Positions 11,550 to 24,811 of a stretch of 64,000 bases of DNA are shown piece by piece. Source of the stretch: Mobula hypostoma. Taxonomy: Eukaryota. Location of the stretch: assembly GCF_963921235.1 (NCBI RefSeq), contig NC_086108.1:25110001-25174000 (forward strand). The letters are read 5' to 3'. A program made the position numbers and the translations under genes. Within the stretch, counting starts at the first letter, position 1, and every line of letters begins with the position of its first letter. Below the pieces are notes generated by a model that made no database searches, had not been told where the DNA came from, and saw nothing but the letters and a program-made list of their open reading frames with translations.

Positions 11550-13429
11550 ATCCATATGGCCCTTTGAGCCTGCTTGTCTGTTCAGTGAGATCATGTCTGA
11601 CCTGATCTATAGGCTCAACATTATTTTTCTGCTCACTTATCCCTAAAAATCTCTCCTACTACCCAGACATCTGGCTGCCATTGCTGTAGCAGATTAACAT
11701 ACAGATACTATCAAATAGCTAGTATCCTGGGCCACATGGCATTGGACTTGACCTGCTGCTTGGACTTGTTAAAATTGTCATTTCCATTTTTTCCTTTGCT
11801 CCCTATGTAAAAAACGTTAAAAAAAAAGTAATATCTCCTCTTGTTCATTCCTGGTCACCTTAGATTTCTTGTTTAGCTGAGGAATTATTTTTAATTGAGC
11901 CAAGTTCACTTTCATGAGAATGTTTGGAGGAAGATAATTTCATTTGGGAATGACAAATGTCTTGACACGTGGCATTTATATTGCATACATTTTTCATTTC
12001 TATAATATTTAAACCTAAAGGCACAGAATTCTTCAACCCTATGTGTTATTCATCAATAAAAGCTCCACAGCATTTCACAATTGAGCTGTTCAAGCATTCT
12101 TCCAGTCAAATTAGAACATAGAAAGATGTAAATATATTTCCAAGTCAGTGGCAGATATAACCACAAATCCTGTAACTATATTATCCCTGTTACAAAATTT
12201 ATCAACATTTCTCTTTTATTGTTCTAACTTTGAATAGAATTTTAGCTGGTGCAGAATGGATCACGTTTCTCAATAATACATATGTGCCAAACATTCAATG
12301 TCAAACACAAAATTAATGTGGGGACAATATTCAAGAAAACATAGTGCATCAACAGGGGTATTTTTTTTAATTCATTCAAGTTAAACCAAGATTATATTCC
12401 AATGTCACTTTTATGTATTTACGTATCAGTCAGGGCTAGCAGTTTGAAAAGACTGGAAATTTAATTTGCAGTAGAATGTAAAAATAAACTAAAGCATAAT
12501 TCTAAGCTCGCCTCTAAAAGCCACCCAGTGTAGGTGATGGGCATCTAGAATAAAACACAAGCTGTAGGAAGTATCGGGGAAGTGAGGAAAAACAGTAAAC
12601 TTTGGATGGTTCTGATATGGAATTCACAGTATGTGAGGGTAACATAAGCAGAATCAATCAGTGCTTTCTAGGGAATCAGCTGGGCATAAGTAAAAATAAC
12701 TCACAGGGCAACAAGGAAAGAGGGGTCAGAGGATTTGATGGGGTGTCCTGGAGGAAGTCAGCTGTGATTCAACGGGCTGAATGTCCTCTTACCTTGTCAT
12801 AAAGGTTTTAACGTTTTATGAAAACAACTTCTCCAAATGAATTGCATTTGCTAATTTGGTCTTCATTTTGAACCCTAATTAAAAATAATGGCACAAAATG
12901 AAAACTAATTTGTGGTAAACATTTGTTACTGCAGGAGTGGGGTGGGAATAGGTTGGGTTGGCAAGTGTAAAGATTCATACTAATTGCCATGTGTAAAGGA
13001 TAGCCATTCTCTTTTCTATTATTTTGGATCTTCTAGCTAAGAACTAAGGCTTAACAGGTCAAGAAGATATTTTCCAGATTTTTTTTTCCGCAGTTTGCTT
13101 GGGTGTTAACTTTTTCTTCCACATGTCTGTGAAAATCTCATAGCTACACAAGGATAGGAACTGCCTATGTTTCAATGCACTGGGCATCGTAATTATACAG
13201 GGCGGGTTTAATAAAACAGCCGTTCTTTTCCTATTCATCATTTCTGTTTGTAATGTGCTGACTAAACTTCAACAAACAGAAAATCCTAATTAAATTTTCA
13301 CACTGATTTTAATATGCTCCATTAACTGCACTAGTGGCTCTACTGCTTCTGTAACTTACAATTGCAAGGTCTGGACCTATGCAATGCTTGACAACCAATC
13401 TCACAATATCACTGATGAGCTCTTCCTTT

Positions 13430-13720
13430 ATTAGAGAGGCTGTGATACTGTTTCACAGCTACTATGATGCCTAGTCGCTTTCCCTGGATTGGAAGGGTTG
13501 AGAGCGATAGACAGAGTGGATGGTAAGAATCTTTTCCCCATGATAGGTTTGACTATAACTTGAGGATATATGTGAGAGTTAGAAGCTTTATGGGATATCC
13601 AAGCATGACTTTTTTTCAGAGTTGTTGGAATCTGGAACCCTTCCATTGAGGAGGTGGTGGAGGCAGGGACTCCCACTAAATTTAAATATCTAGGGAAGGA
13701 CTTCAGTTGCCAAGACACAG
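13430..13720 (+). mobile_element. Old CR1 3' fragment
   Basis: GATAGACAGAGTGGATGG...AGAGTTGTTGGAATCTGGAAC...GAGGTGGTGGAGGCAGG. Confidence 0.55.
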
Positions 13721-13734
13721 AATTAAAATATTAA

Positions 13735-13955
13735 CACGAAAGGTCTGCTAACACCTTGAGCAGCACACACAAAATACTGGAGAAACTCAGCAAATCATGC
13801 ACACATGGAGGGGAATAAACAGTCGATATTCTGGGTCCAGACCCTTCATGGGGACCCTTGAAGGCTTTCAGTCTGAACATTGACTATTATTCCTTCCCTC
13901 CTCCACCCCCCCGCCCCCACATAGATGCTGCCTGACTTGTTGAGTTCTTTCGGCA
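13735..13955. mobile_element. Degenerate Penelope-type inverted repeat with hammerhead remnants
   Basis: CACACAAAATACTGGAGAAACTCAGC...AACAGTCGA, then inverted ATAGATGCTGCCTGACTTGTTGAGTTC. Confidence 0.55.
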
Positions 13956-14403
13956 TAGAAGGCAACTATGCATAGTTAGCAACACAGCATGGAAATCTGT
14001 TGTTTGAAGTCTGCTTAGATGCACACAGTAAAGACAACATCCATGTTCCTACAAAAACTTTAAGATTGTTATTAACATTTCTGATCATTAGTTTCCCTGA
14101 GTATAACCAATGCTGATAATTAATTCACCTGAAAAACATTAATGTTTTTTTTTCCCAAAGTAAAGAACAAAATATGAGAAGCAGCAAACCACTTAGCACT
14201 TCAAGCCTGAACTGCCACTCAATATGGTCATGGCAAATCTGTCTCAGGCTTCATCTCCACAGGGCCTTTTCATTGTAGCACTCATATATTCTATTTGTTA
14301 AAAAATTATTTCTCACTTCTTTAAAAAACTGATCTGGCTTCCACAACATAAAGTCAAATTCTGCCTCTACAAGTGCAGCGCTGTCTTATTGTTCAAGTTT
14401 GAA

Positions 14404-14462
14404 ATAGGTATTTGGGCACTTCAGAGGGCTGCCAATACCCTCTGAAGTGCCCAAATATCTAT
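14404..14462. repeat. 25-bp-stem inverted repeat with 9-nt loop
   Basis: ATAGGTATTTGGGCACTTCAGAGGG-ctgccaata-CCCTCTGAAGTGCCCAAATATCTAT, one G-T pair. Confidence 0.9.
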
Positions 14463-14464
14463 CC

Positions 14465-14870
14465 CTGGACCCCTAGCGCCCAGGCCATGCTCTCTTCTCA
14501 CTGCTGCCATCAGGAAGGTGGTACAGGAGCATCAAGACTCACACCACCAGGTTCAAGAACAGTTACTACCCCTCAACCATCGGGCTCTTGAACCAAAAGA
14601 GATAAATTTACTCAAATTCACTTCCCCATTATTGAAATGTTCCCACAACCAATGGGTTCAATTTCAAAAACCCTTTAACCTCATGTTCTCGATATTTGTT
14701 GTGTTTTTATTTATTATTGTTCTTTCTTTCTGTTTGTATTTGCATAGTTTGTTGTCTTCTGAACTCTGGTTGAATGCCTAAGATGGGCAGTCATTCATTG
14801 ATTCTGTAATGGTTATTATTCTATGGATTTATTGAGTATGCCCACAAGAAGCAGCATCTGAGGTTTCTAA
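14465..14870 (+). mobile_element. Rex1/Babar LINE 3' fragment
   Basis: Encodes HALFSLLPSGR-like C-terminus; similar to 48140-48260. Confidence 0.7.
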
Positions 14871-14875
14871 ATAAT

Positions 14876-16880
14876 AAGACCATATGATGTAGGAGCAGAA
14901 TTAGGCCATGTGGCCCATTGAGTCTGCTCCAGCTTTTCATCATGGCTGATCCAATTTTCCTCTCAGCCTCAAACCTGCTTTCCCCCTATATCCCTTCATA
15001 GTCATAGTCATAGTTGTACTTTATTAATCCCGGGGGAAATTGGTTTTCGTTACAGTTGCTCCATAAATAATAAATAGTAATAGAACCATAAATAGTTAAA
15101 TAGTGATATGTAAATTATGCCTGTAAATTATGAAATAAGTCCAGGACCAGCCTATTGGCTCAGGATGTCTGACCCTCCAAGGGAGGAGTTGTAAAGTTTG
15201 ATGGCCACAGGCAGGAATGACTTCCTATGATGCTCTGTTTTGCATCTCGGTGGAATGAGTCTCTGGCTGAATGTACTCCTGTGCCCACCCAGTACATTAT
15301 GTAGTGGATGGGAGACATTGACCAAGATGGCATGCAACTTAGACAGCATCCTCTTTTCAGACACCACCGTCAGAGAGTCCAGTTCCATCCCCACAACATC
15401 ACTGGCCTTACGAATGAGTTTGTTGATTCTGTTGGTGTCTGCCACCTTCAGCCTGCTGCCCCAGCACACAACAGCAAACATGATAGCACTGACCACCACA
15501 GACTCGTAGAACATCCTCAGCGTCGTCCGGCAGATGTTAAAGGACCTCAGTCTCCTCAGGAAATGCCCTGACTTATCAACAATCTATCAACCTCTGCCTT
15601 AAATATATATATAAAGACTTGTCCTCCACACTGCCTGTGATAAAGAATTTAACAGATTCACCATTCTCTGGCTAACAAAACTCCTCCTCATCTTTGTTCT
15701 AAAAGGATGCCCCTCTATTCTGAGGCTGTGTCCTCTGGTCTTAGACTCGTCCACCACAGGAAACGTCTTCTTTACTTCCACTCTATAAAGGCTTTTCACC
15801 ATTCAATGGGTTTCAATTCGGTCACCCCTCATTCTTGTGAAGTCAAGTGAACACAGGCCCAGAGTCATCAAACACTTCAGATGACAAGCCATTCAATCCT
15901 GGAATCATTTTTGTGAACCCTCTTTGAACCCTCTCCAGTTTCAGCACACTCTTTCTAAGATAAGGTGCCCAAAACTGCTCACAATACTCCAGGTGAGGCC
16001 TCACCAGTGCTTTATAAAGTCTGCAAATTACATCTTCACTTTTATATTATTGAAATGAATGCTAACATTGCCTTTGTCTTCCTCACCTCAGACACAACCT
16101 GCAAATGAACATTTAGAGAATCCTGCACAGGGGCTCTCAAGTCCTCATGCACCTTCGTTTCTGATATTTTCTCTCAATTTACTCTCCCTCACTTCTTCTA
16201 CCAAAGTGCATGACCATGCACTTCCTGACATGCTTTTCCTTTAGCCATTTCTCTGCCCATTCTCCTAATCTGTCTAAGTCCTTCTGTGGCGTTTCCACTT
16301 CCTCAAAACCACCTGCCCTTCCACCTATATTCATATTGTCTGCAAACTTTGCAACAAAGCTAGCAATTCACCATCTAAGTAACTGACATATAATGTAAAA
16401 AGAATCGTTCCCCACATAGATCCCTGCGGTACATCACTAATCTCCAGCAGCCAACCAGAAAAAGCTCTCTTTATTCCTATTCCTTGCCTCCTGCCAATCA
16501 GCTACTGCTTTATCCATGCTAGAATTTTTGCTGTAATACCATGGGCTCATAGCTTGGTAAGCAGCCTGATGCATGGTACTTCAGAAAATCCAAGCACACA
16601 GCATCAATTGATTATCCTTTGTCTATGCTGCTTGTTATTTCTTCAAAAAATTCCAACAGATTTGTCAGGCAAGACTATGCCTATGGCCTAATTTATGATG
16701 TACCCAGACTATGGCCTCCAGGTAACTTCAGACCTCATCCTTAATAATCGACTCCAACATCTTTGGAACCACTGATGCCAGAATAACTGGCCTATATCTT
16801 CCTTTCTTCTTCCTCTCTCCCTTCTTGGAGAGTTGAGTAACATCTCCATTTTTCCTGTTTTCCGGGACCATTCCAGTATA
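14876..16880 (-). mobile_element. CR1 LINE (RT to 3' end), interrupted by Rex1
   Basis: 3'UTR GGAGCAGAATTAGGCC...; RGHSLRIEGHPFRT in ORF 15599-15802; decayed RT upstream. Confidence 0.85.
15000..15562 (-). mobile_element. 5'-truncated Rex1/Babar LINE nested in CR1
   Basis: (ATGACT)n tail; ORF 15152-15514 nearly identical to 50342-50863. Confidence 0.85.
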
Positions 16881-16959
16881 TGGTGATAATAAATTTACTA
16901 TGAACTTTGAAAAGTGAACTTGAGCTAATAATAAACCAAATCAAAGATCAGTCTCGACA

Positions 16960-17840
16960 TTAGATAAATTGGGTTTCGTTACAGCTGCATCAACCAAGAA
17001 CAGAGTACAAACATAGCAATACAAAATCACAAACAATCAAATAATAATATGTAAACCATGACGCTCAGGGCTGCATCCAGGTGGAATAAGTCTCTGGCTG
17101 AATGTACTCCTGTGCCCAGTGGTGTAAATGATGTTACACGCCGTCGTCGGGTTGGCAGAGGGAGGGATGTACACAGCAACCACAATTGCACGTGAGATTT
17201 CCCTTGGCAAATAATATGGACGGAGTCCAACAGCAAAAAGTTCAATATCCAGGCTACAAACACATTCCTTGACTGTAATATGGCCAGGATTGCACCATCT
17301 GTTGTTAACTTGCACAGCAAGCCCCCCTCCTTTACGCTTACCACTCTCAGTACACTTCCGGTCAGCCCGAATGGTCTGGAAGCCCTTTATGGAAACGTTT
17401 GGTCGGGTATGTCCTCGTGCAGTCCCGTTTCGGTAAAACACATAACACTGCTCTCCCGAAATGTTCTCTGACTCCTAGCTAGCGCCATCAACTCGTCCAT
17501 TTTATTACCCAGCGATCTCAGATTGCCCATAGAGAGAGAGGGGCGACATGGCTTATAACTCCTCTTCTCCAAAAGTCTCTGTTGTCTCGACCCGGTCCTC
17601 TTCCCTCGCCTTTTTGATCCCCCTCTGCATCCTCTGTGTGTTTTCCTCCAGATTTCAGCAGGGGTGTCTGCCGCAATGTCCGCTAAGCCGGCGGGCATAA
17701 GCACAATCAGCTGGTCCCTGGAATAAACAATGCGACCTACTGCTGCCCCGCTAATGAGACTTGTCCGAATGTAACTATTTCCAGCGCTAAAAACGCAAAT
17801 AAAACACTCTCCACCAGCATGTTAGAGAGGATGCAGCTTC
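16960..17840 (-). mobile_element. Internally deleted Rex1/Babar element (5' end and endonuclease start joined to 3' end)
   Basis: APE motifs GNLRSLGNKMDEL, CFTETG and VYIPP; ORF 17037-17441 jumps into the C-terminal GHRSTFSQRLIPP. Confidence 0.8.
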
Positions 17841-19549
17841 ACTATTGAAAATGGTGCTGCAGGCAGAATTAGCTGTATTCCTTCCATTTTCTCCTGTTTG
17901 TGATGACGGTGAGGAGGATTTTGCAAGGTTGATTTGGTAGGAACGGTTCTGCTCATCTAAGCTTAGTCTGCCTAGTTTCAGACTTAGAAACTAAAGAAGC
18001 CATTCAAGTTTCAGCATATAACAATGGAACGAGAGTCACACAGAGACCAGACCAAGTACACGCCATTGATTTCTTTCATTGTTAAGAAGAAGATTTTACT
18101 GCAATTCAGGAATTTCATCATCAACTGCACTGATACCAGAATATTGTTCTCTTGAATTTTACATGATTAAGTTCGTTGAATTTAAATTTTCCAGCTGCTA
18201 CATTCTGTTTTGAACTCTTGTCCATCCTCATTAATGTAGACCATTAGATTACAAACCTTTATGTATTCCACTCGGGATTTCCTGAGCCAGAGAACATTAC
18301 ACAATCAAAACCTTATCCTTAGAAAATTATTTACATACACCCAGGACCTCTGGATGTTTAGTCCTACCTCTACCATTGCTAACGGCACTGCAGCTGAGTT
18401 AAAATGAGTTAGTATACGTATATAAGAGGATTAAAGTCCCCACCTAATTCCTTTGATCCTCCTGAATTTTGTGCCGGATTAAAAGGAGACCTGATTCAAA
18501 AACATTGCTTCAAAACAACAAGAAATATATATTGCTAAAAAAACAACATTTTCTCATGACCTGAACTGCATTCAATATCATATACAGTGATCTGAACTTG
18601 GTTGTGTAAGGTGGTTTAATTTTTTTTAATATTATGATTCTCTATTTATGGTTTAATGATGGTAAAAATATAATTCATATTTGTATTCAGTGTAGAATAC
18701 TGTTATTCTATTAATGCAGATACATTTTAGCTAATATTTTCAAATGAATTCTGTTGTTATGCTCGCTTACCTTTTTATGTGTCAATCAGTTTTACTGTGA
18801 TTACTAATTGTTATCCCAGATTTCGATTCATTAATATATATGCTCATAAAATTCAGTTACATTGCTGTAGCTCAACCAAATGATTAAACCTCAGTGTGAT
18901 TCAGTTCAATAGCATTATGACCATGATTGAGACAAAGCTATGGAGAAACATCAGAAGCTCCAGCAATGGTGTCCATGTGTTTTCTGCTCTTGCTTGACCT
19001 TTACCATAAGTACCTGTTATAGTTAAACAAAGAACAGTGACCTTAAATCACTTCTATGCAAGCCTTTCTAGTATGAATTGCGCAAGGGAGCATTGAAACA
19101 ACAAATGCTCCTGCGGCTTCAATAAATAATTTATTAAGTAAAATATTACCAAAAGGAGATTTTAAAGAGCTTCAAGAAGCAAGTCAAAGGGATAATAGGA
19201 GACTGACTTATAAAAAGAAATAAAACTAACCAAGTTTAGGGTAACATCTGTAATAATATTCTGACAACCTTCTTGCTTGGTTTCTACAGAGACTAAATTA
19301 TAGTAAAATAGGTCTGATCCCTCGTGATATTATCTCTGATATTATCTGATGAATGTTAATAATTGTACTTTAAGTATATCAAAATTAGTTGAACCTTAGG
19401 TCCACTCAACATTTAATTATTTTGTCCACTGGTTGATTGTGTCACAAAGACCTCAGTTTCAATGCTCAGTGTAACCTGAATTAATTACTGCCTGGGGTGT
19501 AGGTGGAAAAATGCAGCAGCAAATCAGTTACAACATTATGCAAAAAAAA

Positions 19550-19915
19550 TTAACATACTTTGCATTTATTCAGCTTCTTATCCTGCTCTCAGAATGCCCT
19601 AAAGCATTTAAAAAATGAATTACTTTTAAAGTTGTTATTGTTAAGTGGTAAAATACCATAACCAATTTTATGCACAAGAAGCAGTAAATGAAATCAATCA
19701 ACAGTTAACCTTTCTTATCGTGGAACTGGTTGACTGAAGGTTATTAACCAGGATGCACAAAGAAATTCCCTTTACATTTGTTTAGACCTCTTATCTGAAA
19801 ACTGGCACAGCTGACAATGTAGTAATACATTCAACATTAGGTGAGAGTTTAGGTACAAATCTTAAACCATAAAGTACTCCACAGTCCTCTGCCCGAGAAT
19901 ACAACTAACTGAACT
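19550..19915 (-). mobile_element. DeuSINE-like (SacSINE1/AmnSINE1-type) SINE remnant
   Basis: TTGCATTTA...AATGAATTACTTTTAAAGT...CCAATTTTATGCACA...CTTATCTGAAAACTGGCAC follows the DeuSINE consensus as I recall it. Confidence 0.6.
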
Positions 19916-20089
19916 GATGATTCATAACAAGGGTGTTTTTTTTTGTTTGTTGAAGGGAAATTATTGTTCTCTAAGGATATTGTTGCCCAGGACAATATCA
20001 TTGATGCAAGCATCTTCACCTGCTTCATCAGTAATCTTTTCTCTGTTGTTGATGTGGGGCAGGATGATGACAGGTTATGATCTTCTGTT

Positions 20090-20345
20090 CTATTCACAAA
20101 TTGTGAGTATGGAGCAGTCCAATTCAATCCACCGCAGAACCTATCATTATTGCAATGCACAAAGGCAGATAATACCATTGGAAATTGTCCTCCAGACCAC
20201 ACACCATCCTGACTTGGAAATGTGCTGCTATTCTTTCATAATCTCAGTCAAAGTTCTTCAGTTCCCTCCCTACCAGCGCTGGGGGTGTACCCACACTTTC
20301 AGAACTGCAGTGATTGAAGAAGACAGCTCAAAGGCAGGTAGGGAT
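20090..20345 (+). mobile_element. L2-like LINE 3' remnant
   Basis: CCACACACCATCCTGACTTGGAAAT...GGGTGTACCCACAC; similar block at ~63300-63510. Confidence 0.5.
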
Positions 20346-20355
20346 GGGAAGTTAA

Positions 20356-20501
20356 AAGCAACACACATAAAATACTGGAGGAACTCAGCAGGTCAGCCAG
20401 CATCTATGGAAATGAGTAAACAGTGGACATTTCAGGCCAGGACCCTTCTTCAGGGCTAAATAAATTAAATTCCAGTATCTGCAGATTTCCTCGTGTTTGC
20501 G
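20356..20501. mobile_element. Penelope-type repeat with minus-strand hammerhead motif (20421-20457)
   Basis: Same layout as 9673-9842; minus strand reads CUGAAGA-AGGGUCCUGGCCU-GAAAUGUC. Confidence 0.7.
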
Positions 20502-20934
20502 AAATTAAACATAGTCTCAGTCCGGAGAATTCCATATCCAATTCATCAAAAAATACCTGTAATAACTACAAGACACCAAGCATCAATAAGGTAGTGCAGT
20601 AGTCCCTTCTACTGATGTTGGCATCAATATCATGTGTTACCAATGATGAGACATCATTGGGTCAGACTTAGATCAGAAGCTATTTCCTCTACAATGGATA
20701 TACCATTACTGACCACTCAAGTGTTTCTCTGTCATTTAGAAGGCTCAAGTCAAAAGTACTTTCACTTTGCCTGATAACTACAGCTGTTCCAGCACTTAAT
20801 TCAACACAATACAGGGTGAATACCTTCTTCTTCAGTCCTTTACCTTTTCCACCTGTTACCTCCCAGCTTTTCACTATCTCCCCTCCCTTCCACCCACCAA
20901 CATTTCCCCTCACCTGGCTTCACCTGTCACCTGC

Positions 20935-21310
20935 CACCACAGACTCGTAAAACATCCTCAGCATCGTCCGGCAGATGTTAAAGGACCTCAGTCTCCTCAG
21001 GAAATAGAGACGGCTCTGACCCTTCTTGTAGACAGCCTCAGTGTTCTTTGACCAGTCCAGTTTATTGTCAATTCATATCCCCAGGTATTTGTAATCCTCC
21101 ACCATGTCCACACTGACCCCCTGGATGGAAACGGGGGTCACCGGTACCTTAGCTCTCCTCAGGTCTACCACCAGCTCCTTAGACTTTTTCACATTAAGCT
21201 GCAGATAATTCTGCTCACACCATGTGACAAAGTTTCCTACCGTAGCCCTGTACTCAGCCTCATCTCCCTTGCTGATGCATCCAACTATGGCAGAGTCATC
21301 CGAAAACTTT
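20935..21310 (-). mobile_element. Rex1/Babar RT fragment
   Basis: Reverse complement of ~50147-50522. Confidence 0.85.
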
Positions 21311-22967
21311 CACCATTCCCTTAGAGTTAAGGATGTCTTGCATCTGCCCCAGTTTTGTAGGTCCTTGGGTGACTGATGAGATCAATATGGAAAATACAGA
21401 CACTTCAATCTATGGGAAAGATTGTGCCTGATGATGCAGCCAAATGGGCACCTTGTGAAGTGGAGTGATCCTCCTGCCATTGGTACTCCCAAAGCTCAGA
21501 CTTCAGGCTGAATGCTCCTCCATTTCATGGCCCCTCATCACAGGCAAAAATACAAAATTTATTCAGACTCTCACTATAGCCAACTTAATCAACTCCTCTC
21601 TGTTCATAATATAAATAAAATCCCAATTCTTCCAAAATTCTTCAGCACGGACTGGAAGGGCCTGTTGCCATGCTGTAATTGTTGTATGGTGTTATATGTT
21701 ATATAATAAAAATTTCACCATGACAATCATAATCTACCTTTTACTGCTGCTGATTTCACTATAATAAAGATGGTTAACACTTCACTGATGTCAATCCACC
21801 GATTCCTTTCAATCCCACCACTGCCAGGGTGGTCATGGTCCATCTTTGGCACAAACAACATCTCATTTATACATTCATAGACATCCTTTAAACTCTGAAA
21901 ATAAAGAATGCTTTCAGATTATTTGATTCCCTAAGCTTCAGGAAAAGAGAGTTTCTATTCTCTAATCTCTCTGTGGAAACAGACTGCTCCATTCCAGAGA
22001 AGTTTCTTTTGTTTGCCAAATTACAAGAGATCTCTGGTATTCCATGTTGATTTCTATAATTGGAGTGAGGGCATGAAAATTGATGTACAAAGTGACATTT
22101 TATTGACACCATTATAGTCAGCATCTCAGTGCTGCCAAGATAATCAATACCTCACTTTGACCAGTAGAATCTACTTTCTTATTATTAGACATAGCGTCAT
22201 AGATTACAGACTCAGGCCCTTCATTTCTCCATGCCCATGCTGAGCATCAAGTCTAATCTATACTAAGACCACATACAGCATTTGGTCCATAGCCTTATAC
22301 ACATTGGTAATATAAACACTCTTCTAGGTACTGTTTAAATACTGTGAAAGTATCCACCTTAACATCTACTAGGGCAGCACTTCCCAGGTTTTAGATGAAA
22401 AAGTTATTACTGAGATTCCTTCTGAACAGGTTGACCCTAAACCTAAATCCTCTAGTTTTGGATACCACTACTGTGGGGAGAAGTTTCCTCCTATCTATGC
22501 CCTTCATAACTCTGTATACAATTGTCGGGTCCATATTTCAAACATTTCAGCCAGCCAATGTATTTTGTTATTGCTATATTCTAAGTCTTTAAGGTTTCCA
22601 AACTTGGGTTCTCAATACCTAGCCTTAAAACATTCTTATTAGTGAATGTTCTCTCCTAATACCTATTGGCTTGAGATCAACATTCAGTTTTATTCATGAG
22701 CTATGAATACTGATCCAATATAATTGGTGATAATTAGCTACAGCCTACTCCCAACTGCCGGGAAAGAAATGGAAGAAGTTTTAAAAAAGTTATCAGGTGC
22801 CACTCTCTAATAACCTACTCACTGATTCTAAGCTGGGTTTCACCAGGCCCATCTCTTCAGAAATCAGGACAATTTCTACCTGAATGTAGACAAAATAACT
22901 TTGGTGAGTGTCTAGTATATATCTCATGACAACTTTGCACTGATTGTGAATTGAGGTTGATCTAGCA

Positions 22968-24811
22968 CAGTGCTCCCCAACCACCGGGCTGCGGAAACGA
23001 TATGATTTGGTGATATGAAACGATAAGAATCAGCTGCACCTTTCCTCATTCCCTGTCATGCCCACTGTTGAACTTGAACACACGCGAGGTCATTACTCAC
23101 GCGAGGTCAACTACTCGATGAGTAAAAAACAAACGTCGCTTGAGAGTTTCTTTGGAAGAGATGGTAGGGACATAAAAGGCCTAACAAAGATGATAACGCA
23201 GAGACAGCTGAGGCCGAGACGGCAAAAGAAAAAGAAAGCTTCCTTCAACAGAAAATACGACAAGTCATACATAAAATATGACTTTATTGCGACCGGTGAT
23301 TCGCACGCTCCAAGCCCTCTGTGTGTGATATGTGGAGACAAGCTGTCTAATGAGGCAATGAAGCCCTCAAAACTGCATTGGAACCTTGAGTCCAAGCACC
23401 CTGCACTTAAAGACAAACCCGTTAAGATTTTTGAGCGGAAAAAACGTGAGCAAGTGGAACAGAAGCAAGTGCTGAGAGTCACCTGATCCTAACAGCATAT
23501 TGAGAGACGTTGCTGAAGTTATCAATCATTTCAAAGCAAAAGATCTGAACTCACGTCTGTTTAAGCAGCTTTGCGAGGAAATGGATGCAGAGCACAAACG
23601 CCTTCTCTTACACACTGAGGTCAGGTGGCTATCAAGGGGAAGAGCCCTGGCTTTTTGAGATAAGAGAGCAGCTACAAAGATTTCTTTCAAGAAAGAAGTC
23701 ACCACTGGCAGCACACTTCAGTGACGAGGAGTGGATAGCAAAACTCGCTTATCTGTGTGACATCTTCAAATTGCTCAATGAACTCAATTTGTCACTTCAG
23801 GGGAGAATGACAACTGTCTTCAAGTTGGCAGATAAAGTGTCTGCTTTCACAGCCAAACTGGAATTGTGGGGACTGCAAGTGGACAGGGGCATATTTCACA
23901 TGTTCCCAACATTAGCTGGGATTTTAGGAGAGACTGAGGCTGCACCGTCCTTCTCACAGCTGGTGCGCGATCACCTATCTTCACTGTTGACAGAATTCAA
24001 GTGTTACTTCCCAACCGCAAATGACCCAAGACATGCAAAGGAATGGGTCCGTGACCCATTTGTGAATGTCCCCGGTGACTCATTCATATCAGCGTGAGAA
24101 GAAGATCAACTCCTCCAGCTTGCAAATGACATTGGGCTGAAAAATATGTTTGACATAACATCTCTGTCGGCATTCTGGATCAAAGTCAAGGCTGAAATAT
24201 CCTGAGATAGCCACGAAAGCACTGAAAATGTTGCTTCCATTTCCAACATCATATCTCTGCAAAGTGGAGTTTTCTGCAATGAATGCAATGAAAACTAAAT
24301 TGCACAATAGACTGGACGTAAGGAACCCCCTTATAATTGACTTATCACTATATTCATGTGAGGAAAATATGCGCTGTGTGTTTAATATTAAATTTGTTAG
24401 ATAAACCCTTTTAGAAACGAAACTGAGTGCATTAGCCATTGATACGTGACTTATAGTTGACTTATAGTCATAGTCGTAGTCATACTTTATTGATCCTGAG
24501 GGAAATTGGTTTTCATTACAGTTGCACCATAAATAATAAAATAGTAATAAAACCATAAATAATTAAATAGTAATATGTAAATTATGCCAGGAAGTAAGTC
24601 CAGGACCAGCCTATCGGCTCAGGGTGTCTGACCCTCCAAGGGAGGAGTTGTAAAGTTTGATGGCCACAGGCAGGAATGACTTCCTATGACGCTCAGTCAT
24701 AGTTATCACCTATAATCCGGTCGTGATTAACACCCCTCCTCGTTGGCCGGTCTACAAGAATATTGTCAATATTAAACCGGTCCGCGGTGCAAAGGAAGTT
24801 GGGAACCCCAG
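22968..24811 (+). mobile_element. hAT (Buster/Charlie-type) DNA transposon, internally deleted
   Basis: TIRs CAGTGCTCCCCAAC / GTTGGGAACCCCAG; 8-bp TSD ATCTAGCA (22960-67) / ATCTAGTA (24812-19); zinc-finger PLCVICG..LSNEAMKPSKL; HTEVRWLS, LAYLCDIF and dimerisation-domain remnants. Confidence 0.9.
24466..24694 (-). mobile_element. Short Rex1/Babar 3' end nested in hAT
   Basis: (ATGACT)n tail and 3'UTR as at 15000-15240; TTAT duplicated on both sides. Confidence 0.85.

Noticed and set aside
18771..18865. Possible minus-strand exon (AG|GTAAGC donor)
   Set aside because: Stops in all three frames from the nearest acceptor.
19087..19111. Short hairpin GGAGCATT/AATGCTCC
   Set aside because: An 8-bp stem is expected by chance in 64 kb.
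19917..20459. 180-aa ORF
   Set aside because: Spans unrelated repeat remnants and has no recognisable domain.
23058..24097. ZBED5/SCAND3-like host gene
   Set aside because: Lies within TIRs and TSD, is frameshifted and internally deleted; it is a transposon relic.
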